A stretch of 63,699 nt of DNA, the filler included, from Octopus bimaculoides (lineage: Eukaryota), in NCBI RefSeq assembly GCF_001194135.2. It is 5 parts of 5 records of this genome, joined end to end, with 100 filler letters (N's around TTAATTAATTAA, not from the genome) between each part and the next. Parts side by side here need not be neighbours in the genome. Positions count along the whole stretch, not along the records: positions 20,346 to 33,513 come from NC_068990.1; positions 33,614 to 45,792 come from NW_026356125.1; 3 more parts are not named here. The stretch is one strand, 5' to 3'. Below are positions 24,373 through 37,200 of this stretch, in pieces. Both the position numbers and the translations under genes were made by a program. The notes beneath the pieces were generated by a model. The model had not been told where the DNA came from and searched no databases. It was given only the letters and a program-made list of their open reading frames with translations. The stretch's first letter is position 1. Each line of letters begins with the position of its first letter.

Positions 24373-24492
24373 CCAGTGAAATTACCGACCGTATATCGAC
24401 ATCAAAATTAGTGGTAATACTGTACAAATTCGATTTGTGGGAAATTCCGTAAACTGTGATATCCGTAACACGATAATGCCTGTATACATAGA

Positions 24493-24524
<32 letters not shown>

Positions 24525-24719
24525 CGAGGGGTGCTGAAAAGTTCTTGGCTTCAAGGGTATCACGAATAGCCTGGATGGAGGCCTAAACATCCGAGTTCTT
24601 CTACAGGGTTCCGAAAAATTAAAAGACCGCAGCAATATGTGTGTGAATCTGAGAGGGTAATTAACTAACCCTCGTGTATTTTCTTTTACACCAAGCCAGA
24701 AACTTTTCCGCATCTCCTC

Positions 24720-24720
<1 letters not shown>
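24525..24720. mobile_element. Mariner-derived MITE
   Basis: Imperfect TIRs cgaggggtgctgaaaagttcttggctt / aagccagaaacttttccgcatctcctcg; interior related to 60550-60728. Confidence 0.75.
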
Positions 24721-24751
<31 letters not shown>

Positions 24752-25320
24752 ATGCATATATGTATATATGTTTATACACACACATATATATATATACATG
24801 TAACTTGATTTCGATCAATTTCTTCATTAAATATACAAGAGGAATTAATATAACCATACGAGTAACAGTTCATTAAAAATTCTTAAACGAGAATATCGTC
24901 TTATTTCTAACGACACATGCTTAAATGAAACTTGTTTCACATGTACACAAATAGATTTAAATATACATGTATGTATNNNNNNNNNNNNNNNNNNNNNNNN
25001 NNNNNNNNNNNNNNNNNNNNNNNNNNNNNNNNNNNNNNNNNNNNNNNNNNNNNNNNNNNNNNNNNNNNNNNNNNNNNNNNNNNNNNNNNNNNNNNNNNNN
25101 NNNNNNNNNNNNNNNNNNNNNNNNNNNNNNNNNNNNNNNNNNNNNNNNNNNNNNNNNNNNNNNNNNNNNNNNNNNNNNNNNNNNNNNNNNNNNNNNNNNN
25201 NNNNNNNNNNNNNNNNNNNNNNNNNNNNNNNNNNNNNNNNNNNNNNNNNNNNNNNNNNNNNNNNNNNNNNNNNNNNNNNNNNNNNNNNNNNNNNNNNNNN
25301 NNNNNNNNNNNNNNNNNNNN

Positions 25321-25357
<37 letters not shown>

Positions 25358-25406
25358 CACACATGTACACACATATATACATATATGTTGATAATACACA
25401 CTTGCG

Positions 25407-25438
<32 letters not shown>

Positions 25439-25852
25439 CGTGCATGTGTCAGTGTGTATGTCAGCGTGTGTTTGGAGGGAGTGTGAGTGTGTGTGTGTGT
25501 GATTTAAGTATGAGTCCCACGACGGTACTAAGATTTCAAGTGTCACGGCTTTCCGCAGGTGGAGATATTACCCCTAAGGAAATCTATGTGACTGCTGACA
25601 CTGGCACCGCTGTCGGCTATTTATTGAAAATGTACTTTACATTGCAAAATGTATTGTCTCATTTCGTGTATGACTGATTTTCTTATTGTTTGAACGAAAG
25701 CATTACACACACACACACACACAGGTACATGATCACATATATACGCATACACAGGTGTGTGTATATATATATTTATATGTGTATGTGTGTATATGTGTAG
25801 AAAGGCATAGCAACGTTTTGAAGGAGTTTGTTAGAAAATAGTTTGTTCATAA

Positions 25853-25853
25853 G

Positions 25854-25923
<70 letters not shown>

Positions 25924-26035
25924 ATACTACTACTACTACTAATAATAATAATAATAATACCAACAACAACCAACAACAACAAGAACAGCAATACTAACAA
26001 TAATACTAATATTAATATGACTAACAATAATAATA
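25853..26035. repeat. Compound (ACT)n/(AAT)n/(AAC)n microsatellite
   Basis: Direct reading. Confidence 0.9.
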
Positions 26036-26039
26036 ATCC

Positions 26040-26260
26040 TTTCTACATTAGGCACGAGGCCTGAAAATTGAGGGGAGGGGACTTGTCGATTACATGGATC
26101 CCAATGTTTCACTGGTATTTAATTTATAGCCCCCCCCTGACCCCCCAAAAAAGAATAAATGGCAAAGTCAACCTTGGCGGAATGTGAACTCAGAATGTAA
26201 AGACAGACGAAATCCTGCAAAGCATTTTACCCGGCGTTCTAACGATTGTGCCAGCTCGCA
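26040..26260 (-). mobile_element. SINE family A
   Basis: ggcacgaggcc...ggcaaagtcaaccttggcggaatgtgaactcagaatgtaaagacagacgaaat...ctgtgccagctcgc. Confidence 0.85.
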
Positions 26261-26309
26261 ATAATAATAGTAATAGCAATAGTAATAGTAATCCTTTCTA
26301 CTAACGTCA

Positions 26310-29257
26310 CAAGTGACCGAGCAGAGGTCATTTGATCAAGCTAATGCTATTAGGAGAAGAAAGTGAATGACAGAATTGGAGGTAGAAGAGCTCACAAGGG
26401 AACTGGAAAAGAAAGACCAGGCAATAGGAAAGACAAACAACCACAGCTCAAACCAAAGAAGAATCTAAAGGAAAAAAGGATAACAGCGCTACAAATAAAG
26501 GTAGGGACAACTGGCACCAGTGACTTAAGTGATTTAAGAGAAGAAGATCAGAAGATTTTAGATGAGTTGCAGGAAGTAATAAGTAAAGAAGTAAGAAAAA
26601 GATTGCCAGTATTAAAAGGTACTAACAGAAGGAAGCTGCTAGAAATGACTAGGAAAGTAGATTCTGTTATCAGTAGGATAGATACTAAAGATATAAGAGA
26701 CACTAACTTATTGATCTATGCAGGAGGGGAAGTAGTCACCAGAAGATTACATATCTCACAAGAAAAGATTAAAAAAGAGCAAAGGTGGAAAAGGAGACTA
26801 CAAAATAAAGTGAAGACTTTAAGACAAGACGTGAGTAGAATAGAAGCCTGGAAACTGAACAAGTTAGAAAGCACAACATGCAAATCTTCCCTTCAGAAAA
26901 GATACTTAGTTTAAGAGAGAGAATTTGGGACAGTAATAGAAGAGTTGACACAGCGTATTGTAGCAGTAGCAGGAGAGCTCTCCAGATATCAGAAAAGAAT
27001 AGATCAGTATCAACAGAATAGATTATTTGAGACAGACCAGAGGAAATTTTATAAATAGTGGAGAACGTAGTATTGAAGATGAGAAACTTAATGCAGAAAA
27101 ATCTAGAAAATTCTGGAGTAATATTTGGGATAAGCCAGTCAATCAGAATGGAGAGGGAGTATGGTTAAAGAAATTGAGGGAGGACAATACTCATCATGAA
27201 AGATAAGAGCAAGGGTAATATAGCTAACAACTATAGACCAACCACTTGCTTACCACTTATGTGGAAGCTGTTAACAGGAATGCTTTCAGAAAGCACTTAC
27301 AAGCGACTTGGCAACTAGAATTTATTGCCAGAAGAACAGAAAGGTTGCAGGAAGAAGGCTAGAGGAACGCATGATCTATTATACATAGACAAAGCAGTTC
27401 TAAATGAAGTAAAGGCTAGAAAGAAAAATCTAACAATAGCATGAACAGATCATAGGAAAGCCTATGACAGGATCCCACACTCATGGATAAGTGAATGTCT
27501 GAGTATATTCAATATAGCAGACAACATAAGGGAATTAATTAGCAGTGGCATGAAGAAATGGAAAGTAGATCTCTACTCAGGTGACACACTCTTAGGGAAA
27601 GTTAATATCAAAAGAGGAATTTTCCAGGGGGACTTCTTGTCCTCTTTATATTTGTCTAATGTTTGATCCCCCTCAGTTTAGTATTAAGGAAGGCGAAGGC
27701 AGAGCATCAGTTCAGAAATAGTAAGGGAAAAAAATTAACCATTTGCTCTACATGGATGATCTGAAGATTTTATTAAGAATGAAAAAGACATGGATTCTTC
27801 AGTATAGACTGTAAGACACTTCAGCAAAGATATAGGCATGGAATTTGCCATAGATAAATGTGCAATATTAGTCATGAGAAGGGGACAGGTAGTCAACAGC
27901 GAAGGCATCCAATTACCAGATGGCCAGACATTCAAATCATTGAAAGGAGGAGAGAGTTATAAGTATCTAGGAGTATTAAAATCTGACAGGGTACTAACTT
28001 CAGAAATGAAAACGAAAATTGAGGAGGAGTACATCAGAAGGGTGAGGAAGTTAATGAAGTCAAAGCTAAATGGTCCGAATTTAGTGAAGACTGTAAATAC
28101 TTCAGCAGTATCATTATTTAGATACTCAGCAGCTTTTGTAGACTGGACAAAAACTGAATTAGCAAGGCTAGACAGAAGAACTAGGAAGGAATTCAATATG
28201 AATGGAGGACTCCACCCAAGGGCAGGAGTAGCAAGATTATACCTACCTAGAAAGAATGGTAAAAGAGGATTAATATCAGTCGAAGACTGCATGGAGTTAG
28301 CTATATATTCCTATGTAGGTAATAGCGAAGGAAGTTTAAAGGCTGCTCCCGTCACAGTAAGACATAGGGAAAGCAAAAACAAAAACGAAGTTAAAAACCA
28401 GAAAAAAAGAACAGAAATGATCTGACTAGCAGGAGAAGGCTTTGCATGGCATATTCCCAAAGATAGTTGCAGCAAATACTAGTAGTGAAACATGGTTATG
28501 TTTGCAGACAGGAAAGCGGAAGATGGAAACAGAAAGTTTGTTAGTAGCTGTACAATATCAAGCATTAAGGACTAATTGGATAAAAGCCAAGATGAACAAA
28601 AACCAAGTAGATTCCCAGTGTAGATTATGCAAATCAAAAGAAGTGTTACTCACAGAGTAAGTGACTGCAGTATGCTGGTAGAGGAATAATACAAGAAAAG
28701 ACATGGCAATCTAGGGAGAGTAATCCACCAGGAGCTATGCAGAAAACTAGTATTTGAACATACTGATAAATAGTATGAACATGAACCTGATAAAGTGCTA
28801 CAAAGTAAGAAATATAAGATGTTGTAGGACTTTAACATTCAGACTGATAGAGTTATACAAGCTAGAAGGTAGTAGGAGATAAAGAGAATAGAAAGTGTCA
28901 GATAATTCACTTTACAGTCCCAAATGATGAATATACTAATATGGGAAGTATAGAAAAAATAGCAAAGCACTAGGGCCTAAGTACTGAATTACAGGGATTA
29001 TGGAAAGTGCGGGTAAATTGTATCCCTGTAGTTATAGGTGCATTGGGAACTATCCCTAAAGATCTGAACAGATGGATAGTGGAAATAAGCATAAAACCCA
29101 GTTTAGTACCGCTCCAGAAAACAGTGTTATTATGACCAGCTAGGATACTTACGAGGGTTCTTGACATCTAAGGTTACTTGTTGTAACTTGATGTTAGGAT
29201 GTTTTTCTTTTCCAGTAGTCTAATTTGTTGAGCGTATATGAAAAAAATGATAAAAAT

Positions 29258-29260
<3 letters not shown>
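26310..29260 (+). mobile_element. Long decayed R4/Dong-type RLE-LINE (N-terminal region, RT, zinc finger, RLE, 3' UTR, (AAT)n tail)
   Basis: [108 protein letters not shown]; many stops and an internal deletion near 27190. Confidence 0.92.
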
Positions 29261-29313
<53 letters not shown>

Positions 29314-29416
29314 GGAAGCTGACAAATACAAACAAGAAATCAATCTACCTAACAAATACGAAGAAGAAGAAGAAGAAGAAGAAGAAGAAGAAGAAGAAGA
29401 AGAAGAAGAAGAAGAA
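29258..29416. repeat. (AAT)n, a 46-bp Dong-like fragment, then (GAA)n
   Basis: Direct reading; the middle piece translates EADKYKQEINLPNKY. Confidence 0.7.
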
Positions 29417-29875
29417 NNNNNNNNNNNNNNNNNNNNNNNNNNNNNNNNNNNNNNNNNNNNNNNNNNNNNNNNNNNNNNNNNNNNNNNNNNNNNNNNNNNN
29501 NNNNNNNNNNNNNNNNNNNNNNNNNNNNNNNNNNNNNNNNNNNNNNNNNNNNNNNNNNNNNNNNNNNNNNNNNNNNNNNNNNNNNNNNNNNNNNNNNNNN
29601 NNNNNNNNNNNNNNNNNNNNNNNNNNNNNNNNNNNNNNNNNNNNNNNNNNNNNNNNNNNNNNNNNNNNNNNNNNNNNNNNNNNNNNNNNNNNNNNNNNNN
29701 NNNNNNNNNNNNNNNNNNNNNNNNNNNNNNNNNNNNNNNNNNNNNNNNNNNNNNNNNNNNNNNNNNNNNNNNNNNNNNNNNNNNNNNNNNNNNNNNNNNN
29801 NNNNNNNNNNNNNNNNNNNNNNNNNNNNNNNNNNNNNNNNNNNNNNNNNNNNNNNNNNNNNNNNNNNNNNNNNNN

Positions 29876-30475
29876 GACACGACAGAGCTGGGACCTATAT
29901 ACACTGGAAGCTATGCTAACACTATGGAATAACAACAGAAAAAAGATGGTATAAACACACGCCAGAAAAGGTCACAGAAAACGAGAAAGCAACCATACTC
30001 TGTGATATGCCAATACACACAGATAGAGAAATTAAGGCAAATAGACCAGATATAGTTGTCAAAGATCATGAAGAAAAAAAATGCTTTCTAATTGATGTAT
30101 CAATACCAGCAGATGACAACGTTTCTCTAAAAGAAATGGAAAAACTTTCAAAATACAAAGACCTGGAAATAGAGGTAACTCGAATGTGGAATCTAAAAAC
30201 AGAAACAATTCCTCTCATAGTAGGTGCCTTAGGTATAATGAAAATATATTCAGACAAATACATAACAAAAACACCAGGACACAAATATATATAACATACA
30301 GAAAATTGCACTACTGGGTACTGCACACATTCTACACAAAACACTGTCAATACAATAAATATAAGAGCACCACAGCAAATCACAGCACATACCCAAGGCG
30401 CACAGAGCTGCGCTCGGTAGTGAAGTGAAAGCACGTTATAAAAATAAAACTACTGAACAATAATAATAATAATAA
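29876..30475 (+). mobile_element. R4/Dong-type LINE 3' portion (RLE, 3' UTR, (AAT)n)
   Basis: YIHWKLC, RWYKHTPEKV, MPIHTDREIKANRPDIVVKD...LIDVSIP...EKLSKYKDLEIEVTRMW...VGALG. Confidence 0.9.
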
Positions 30476-31086
30476 AGTCCTTTGATAAAGTACTTGAAAA
30501 TGATAACGTCTCACTCCTCTGGAACTTCACCATTCAAACTGACAGAAAGATCAATGCAAATAGGCCAGACATTATATTGAAGAACTTCAGACAAAAATCA
30601 TGCTTCCTCATTGATGTGACTATCCTAATCGATATAAACGTATCTGTCAAGACCTACCAAAAACTGAGCAAATATTAAGATGTTGATATAGAAATTAGCA
30701 AAATGTTGAACCTGAAAACTAAAACAATACCTGTTGTCATAAGTGCTCTAGAAATGGTAGCAAAAGGGGCTGATTGCTACCTTGCTCAGCCACCGAAAAC
30801 CGCAAAATGGCAGAAATTCAAAGGATAATGCTCATGGGAACTGCTCATATCCTACGTAAAATACTGCTTACGCAATCTCAAATCTTAAAAACAAACTCAT
30901 AATTTTCTTAAGGTTTCTTAAACATTCTCTAGAACAATACTATGTAAAAAACCAAATATGTGACACCCTAGGCATAACACCAACATGAATTTCTGACTTG
31001 TCTCTTGAGGTCTCTGGGTGAAACTTGGAGTAAACTTGTACAAATGCAAAGCAAAAAGTTAAACATAAAATAATAATAATAATAAT
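30476..31086 (+). mobile_element. R4/Dong-type LINE 3' portion, third 3' UTR type
   Basis: LLWNFTIQTDRKINANRPDIILK...FLIDVTI...YQKLSKY...MGTAHILRKIL; begins after and ends in (AAT)n. Confidence 0.88.
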
Positions 31087-31089
31087 GGT

Positions 31090-31475
31090 TTCAATTTTTG
31101 GCTCAAGAATAACATTTTTAGGCCTAGGGACCAAGTTGATACCATTGCACGCTGTACTTGACTGATACTTTCTTTTATCGACCTGAATAGATGAAAAGCA
31201 AAGTTGACCTGTGCATGATTTGAACTCGGAACATAAAGAGGTAGAACAAATAGTGCTAAGTATATTTCTGACGCTTTAACGACTCTGCTAATGTGCAAGG
31301 CCCGCAATCTGGGGTTCGAGGAGTTAGTCATTTATCTGACCAGTACTTTATCCTGTCGATCCTGGAGAAATGAAAGCAAAGTTAACGTCGACTAGGTTTG
31401 AACTCGGGACTTAGAAAGTCGTAATAAATACCACAAGGCATTTTTGTCCGATGCTCTAACGATTCTACTGATCCA
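31090..31475 (-). mobile_element. Two degenerate SINE family A copies
   Basis: atgaaaagcaaagttgacc..gatttgaactcgg and atgaaagcaaagttaacgtcgactaggtttgaactcggg...ggcatttttgtccgatgctctaacgattct. Confidence 0.7.
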
Positions 31476-31599
31476 CCATCTTTTTTCATCAGAAGAAATG
31501 AAGAATATATATCAACCGCATAACACTATTATGTTAATACAGATATAGAAAACAGCATCAAAATCAAGAACTATAATCTTCCACAACTGAATATCAGAC

Positions 31600-31699
31600 C
31601 AAAAGAATATCATTGCATCATCATATAAACACCATTACTATCACCGCCACCACAACCAGAACAACAATTTCGTCAATTGTGTTAACTTGTTTTACTTAT

Positions 31700-31738
<39 letters not shown>

Positions 31739-32270
31739 CACCGCCGCCGCCGTCCTTGTAGTCGTCGTCGTTACTGTCGTCGTTGTCGTCACCGTCGTCA
31801 TCATCGTCATCAACATCTGCATCATAATTATTACCACTACCACCACCACCATTGCCGTAGTCGTCGTCGTTGTCGTCGTCATCGCCAATGTCTACGTCGT
31901 CACCATCGTCATCATCGTCGTCCTCATCTTCATTATCCCCATCACCACCACCATTATTAGTAACATTATCATCACCACCATTATCATTATCATCATCATC
32001 GCCAACACCACAGCGACCACCATCACCATTACAGCGATAGTCACATCTGCTTGTACGACGTAGCACGAGAATCACAGCAGTAATGTATAAGCGGCAAAGC
32101 AAAAACGCAATTTAAAATGAAGAATAAAGAAAATAAGACAATACCTTCTACATTCATAACTATCATTTCCGCCTCCAACTCCGAAAAGAGCGCTAAACCT
32201 ATCACCACCACCAACAACAACAACAACAACCCTACGACAACAACTCCAATAGCATCTATAACATCAAGAA
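31600..32270. repeat. Low-complexity trinucleotide tract (CAC/CAT/CGT/CAA)
   Basis: Direct reading; a similar tract lies at about 32860-33360. Confidence 0.85.
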
Positions 32271-32422
32271 TAAGGAACATCCAATCATCCTAACCAAAGA
32301 AAATTCCAGAAATTTCAAAGATTTAAAATCTTCATGAACATAGACGTTCTGACGACACACAACTAAGACAGACAGTCATATTTTCAAGTAAAAAAAAATG
32401 CGAAAAATGTTTCCTACAATGA

Positions 32423-32580
32423 AACATGGCGGCTGAACTGCGATTATTTTAGAAATTTAATATGGAATCTGTCGTGTTTGTCTTTGTGTACCAAACCAAA
32501 CTTGTAGGAAACGTGGTATGAAAACGTCACATTCAAAAGATTCCGATTGGACAGTTGATATGTGTGTATTGAGGCGGGAA
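32423..32580. promoter_or_regulatory. Possible promoter-like motif cluster
   Basis: aacatggcggc (YY1-like, 32423), acgtca (CRE half-site, 32524), ccgattggac (CCAAT on the minus strand, 32543), ggcgggaa (E2F/GC-like, 32573) in non-repeat sequence. Confidence 0.25.
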
Positions 32581-33391
32581 GAGATCAAACCCATTTCTCG
32601 TTCCATATATTCACTGAAGTATCTTTAGTTTATGAATTCGTTCCTCCGAAAACTTCAAGCCTGTGATCCAGGTCTGGCCATGACACTAAAGCTATTACAA
32701 CAATTATAAAAATCACTTTACTCTGTCCTTCTCTTTCTCCCGTCAACCCGCTTATCACTATTCCTTCTTTCTCGTTGTTAGTTCCATCACTAAAGTGCGT
32801 GTATGTTGTTGCCCTACTTGCTAGATATAACACCCAGATATCTCTCAAATTTATCCTCCAACTCATCATCATTATCCTCATCAACACCGTTGTCGTCGCC
32901 TCATCATCATCATCATCATCATCATCACCACCACCACCACCAAAGCAGCAACTGCGTTTGCTGGTATCAAGCAAGGTGACATCAATAATATAACAAAAAA
33001 TCCAATCCAATCCAATCCAATCCAAGAATATTTTGTAGAATGTAGTCTCAAAACAAACCATAAACTGTAGTCGGAATGGTCATTAATGGAACGCGCTCAA
33101 TCACTAATCTGCTGTTTCGTGGTTGACTTGGAATTAAACAACAACAAATGAGGGCAATAGTCATTACTTTACTTTCATTACCGATTCCACTAGAGATATC
33201 GAAACGCGACACAACAACCACCGACATTGTCACCAACACCAATAATTACAACACAACCAAAGCCACCACAACTTTCACGACCACGTCACCACCAATATCA
33301 TCATCAACACCACCACCGCTATCTCTAAAAGCAACAACATCACTGATAACAATATAATATACACACACACATATGTTTATATATATATATA

Positions 33392-33513
33392 AACTCTGCC
33401 AAATCAGACTGGAGCCTGGTGTTGCCATCCGGTTTCACCAGTCCTCAGTCAAATCGTCCAACCCATGCTAGCATGGAAAGCGGACGTTAAACGATGATGA
33501 TGATGATGATGAT
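33392..33513 (+). mobile_element. 3' tail of another retroposon family, ending in (GAT)n
   Basis: gccaaatcagactggagcctgg...cgtccaacccatgctagcatggaaagcggacgttaaacgatgatgat. Confidence 0.65.
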
Positions 33514-33613
33514 NNNNNNNNNNNNNNNNNNNNNNNNNNNNNNNNNNNNNNNNNNNNTTAATTAATTAANNNNNNNNNNNNNNNNNNNNNNNNNNNNNNN
33601 NNNNNNNNNNNNN
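33514..33613. other. Artificial assembly join (44N-TTAATTAATTAA-44N)
   Basis: Same block as 9835-9934. Confidence 0.9.
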
Positions 33614-33779
33614 AAAGAGGTAGAAAGACGCGGGAACGCTTGGATATTGGATGACTACGCATGTGCATGAGACTCTTCCTGCATTCCTTCCGGAAGACTA
33701 TTCCCTGCGCATGCGTGGATAAACTCTCCAGAATGGCGACTGATATTAGGCGCCACTACAGACCCTTGGACTATCATCT

Positions 33780-34285
33780 CCAATTGCTGACCTCTCCAGT
33801 TAACACAGTTTTTTTCTTAGCCTGGAGCACTACTATATTGTCCTCATTACCACAGAGGACCGCATCTGCCACCCAGGTTACATCAATCTCGGGTGAGATT
33901 CCTTCCACCGTGACCCTTGTCGCTCTCCTGTCTGTATACGTGGGCAACAACACCACTTCTTCACTTCGAATTGTTGAAGCTGCATGTTTCCTTGCTGCTG
34001 CTGCATTCCGGAACCTTACTTCTACTGTTCCAAAAGTGGAACCTCTAGCCAGGTATGTTATATCATCACAAATCTGCCTCAACGCCTTTTCTATTTTTTC
34101 TGTAGTGACGACATCAATTTTTCCTTTATTTATCGAATAGGTTCGATAGTTTATCGTTTTCTGTCGTATTCCATCTTTTAATTCTTGCGGGGGCTTTAGA
34201 TTCACTTCGAACCCGCCTCGTGTCATTTCTCCTTTATGCTTTCCTAGTTCCCCAATGTTCAGTTCCGTCTCCTTACACCTTGCTG
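33780..34285 (-). mobile_element. L1/Tx1-like ORF1 N-terminal fragment
   Basis: ...GSTFGTVEVRFRNAAAARKHA...VVLLPTYTDRRATRVTVEGISPEID...; after a frameshift NWRGQQLEMIVQ resembles YGQALKVIIQ at 37890. Confidence 0.6.
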
Positions 34286-35211
34286 NNNNNNNNNNNNNNN
34301 NNNNNNNNNNNNNNNNNNNNNNNNNNNNNNNNNNNNNNNNNNNNNNNNNNNNNNNNNNNNNNNNNNNNNNNNNNNNNNNNNNNNNNNNNNNNNNNNNNNN
34401 NNNNNNNNNNNNNNNNNNNNNNNNNNNNNNNNNNNNNNNNNNNNNNNNNNNNNNNNNNNNNNNNNNNNNNNNNNNNNNNNNNNNNNNNNNNNNNNNNNNN
34501 NNNNNNNNNNNNNNNNNNNNNNNNNNNNNNNNNNNNNNNNNNNNNNNNNNNNNNNNNNNNNNNNNNNNNNNNNNNNNNNNNNNNNNNNNNNNNNNNNNNN
34601 NNNNNNNNNNNNNNNNNNNNNNNNNNNNNNNNNNNNNNNNNNNNNNNNNNNNNNNNNNNNNNNNNNNNNNNNNNNNNNNNNNNNNNNNNNNNNNNNNNNN
34701 NNNNNNNNNNNNNNNNNNNNNNNNNNNNNNNNNNNNNNNNNNNNNNNNNNNNNNNNNNNNNNNNNNNNNNNNNNNNNNNNNNNNNNNNNNNNNNNNNNNN
34801 NNNNNNNNNNNNNNNNNNNNNNNNNNNNNNNNNNNNNNNNNNNNNNNNNNNNNNNNNNNNNNNNNNNNNNNNNNNNNNNNNNNNNNNNNNNNNNNNNNNN
34901 NNNNNNNNNNNNNNNNNNNNNNNNNNNNNNNNNNNNNNNNNNNNNNNNNNNNNNNNNNNNNNNNNNNNNNNNNNNNNNNNNNNNNNNNNNNNNNNNNNNN
35001 NNNNNNNNNNNNNNNNNNNNNNNNNNNNNNNNNNNNNNNNNNNNNNNNNNNNNNNNNNNNNNNNNNNNNNNNNNNNNNNNNNNNNNNNNNNNNNNNNNNN
35101 NNNNNNNNNNNNNNNNNNNNNNNNNNNNNNNNNNNNNNNNNNNNNNNNNNNNNNNNNNNNNNNNNNNNNNNNNNNNNNNNNNNNNNNNNNNNNNNNNNNN
35201 NNNNNNNNNNN

Positions 35212-36026
35212 GAACCGAACGCTTGATGCAGAACGGCTTAGAAAGAAAGCCGTTCACCCGAACTATCGAGTCGATGTTGTGATACAATCGAATAATCCAC
35301 CTGAGGAAACCGACGCGCAAGCCAAACCTCGCAAGAACACTCACCAGGTACCGATGGCCGACCCTATCGAAAGCCTTAGATTGGTCTAAATGCACCAAAG
35401 CCCCCCCGCTGCCAGTCTTAGCCCCAAAGCTCTCTATGGTATAGCGGATAAGGTGGAGATTATCCTGAATGGTCCTACCAGGGATGGCACAGGTCTGTGC
35501 CTCCCCAATCAAACCATCCGCAACACGCTCCAACCTTTTCGCTAATACCTTGGCCAAAATCTTCACTTCTGTATTTAGCAGAGTGATGGACCTAAAGTTA
35601 TCTAAACAATCCGCCTTGCTCGGGTCCTTCCTGACTAGTGTCACCACTCCCCGGCGCACAGAACTGGGGATAGACCCATTCTGTTGCCAGTTCGTGTACA
35701 CAAGCCAACAGGTGTCCGAACAAGTCTGGCATACTTTTATACAATTCATAGGGTAGGCCATCAAGTCCCGAAGATTTTCCACTAACACAGTTCGTCAACG
35801 CCTCGATTATCTCCCCAGGCATGATCGGTCCCTCACAAACCTCCGCATTCGGCCCCGAGAGGCGTGGCAGCCCAGCAAGGAAGCTCTCAAGGTCTTCCTC
35901 ACCACGCGGCTCACCATCACCCCCGAAAAGCTGAGCGAAGTGCTCCTGAAAGGCTCCACACATCTCGGGTTCGTTCACCAATACGCCCTGAAAGTTCGCC
36001 ACAGTTCGAATAATGGAGTCATTACC
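35212..36026 (-). mobile_element. L1/Tx1-clade ORF2, RT N-terminal part (frameshifted)
   Basis: KSSGLDGLPYELYK, NFRSITLLNTEVKILAKVLAKRL, QTCAIPGRTIQDNL, LDQSKAFDRVGH. Confidence 0.92.
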
Positions 36027-36144
36027 NNNNNNNNNNNNNNNNNNNNNNNNNNNNNNNNNNNNNNNNNNNNNNNNNNNNNNNNNNNNNNNNNNNNNNNNNN
36101 NNNNNNNNNNNNNNNNNNNNNNNNNNNNNNNNNNNNNNNNNNNN

Positions 36145-37188
36145 TTGCTCTGATAATACTTCCCATGTGTTGGCTTTCGAGGTGCTGGTTTAATTCCAGT
36201 CTCTTGGCCTTCACCTGGTCCGCATTACCATTCTCCATGGCTTTCTCTAGCTCCTTAACTAGACCATCGCCTATGCTACGTTCCTTCTTAGCTAAGCCTA
36301 TACTAAATCTAATCGACTCATATTTTATGGCTCGCTTAAGGGCGTACCACCATTTATTATTAATGATGGTACCTGTTAAAGCCCTTTGAATTATTAACTT
36401 GATCCGCTTTCTGTACTCCTCGTTCGCCAATAGGGACTTGTTGAGTTTCCAGTAGCCAGATCCCTGTCTATACATCTTATCTATAGTCAGCTCGTTTGTG
36501 ACCATCTTGTGGTCACTGTAGCTGACTGGGTAAAACTGAGGACACTTAACTATATCTTTATCTACCTTTCTTATCAATATCCTATCTAAATAAGACCTGG
36601 AAGACCCATCGCTACTTGACCACGTCCACAGTGGAGCTTTTGGGTGTTCCAGTCTATGCGGGTCTACCAGCTGAAAGTGGCTGAGCAGATCCCGAAAGCC
36701 AGGATTCACTGTTCTGTCTGTCTGCGAGCCAACACAATCAACACGCGCACCGTCAATTACGTTGAAGTCACCTAACACGACTAAAGAGTGCGACGTAGAA
36801 AGGAATTTCCCGAGGTCACGGAAATATTGATTCTGTAAACCAAATGAATTGGGTGCATAAATTGCGATCAACCTGACTGTCTTACCACAACTGAACGTCA
36901 AATCCAGGACGACCAGCTTGCCTTCTGGATCAATAAAAACAGACTTTACCTCAGGAACCCGGTCTCTTTTTATTAAGACCAACACCCCACCCCAACTCCC
37001 GGCCGACATGGAGAGACGTATCTCTCGTAGCCGGTCAAGAGGGGGAGCAGATCTCTTGGCCTGCTCATCCGGGTTTCTGTGGCAGCAATCACATCCAAAT
37101 TTCGCAACCTGATGTCATTTAGGAAGCGCCCTTGCTTCCAACTCGACGACAGGCCGCGTACATTTAAACAACCAATACGAATAGCCAT
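36145..37188 (-). mobile_element. L1/Tx1-clade ORF2, AP-like endonuclease (one frameshift)
   Basis: MAIRIGCLNVRGL, VIAATET, IAIYAPN, VVLGDFN, YLDRIL, YSDHKMV, GYWKLN. Confidence 0.92.
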
Positions 37189-37200
37189 GAGTGTCTTACC

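Noticed and set aside
22876-24411. 511-aa ORF with the RLE endonuclease placed before the RT (an apparently permuted LINE)
   Set aside because: The two parts are separated by an N-gap, and the RT part starts right after its own (AAT)n run; two separate truncated insertions that happen to be in frame explain it.
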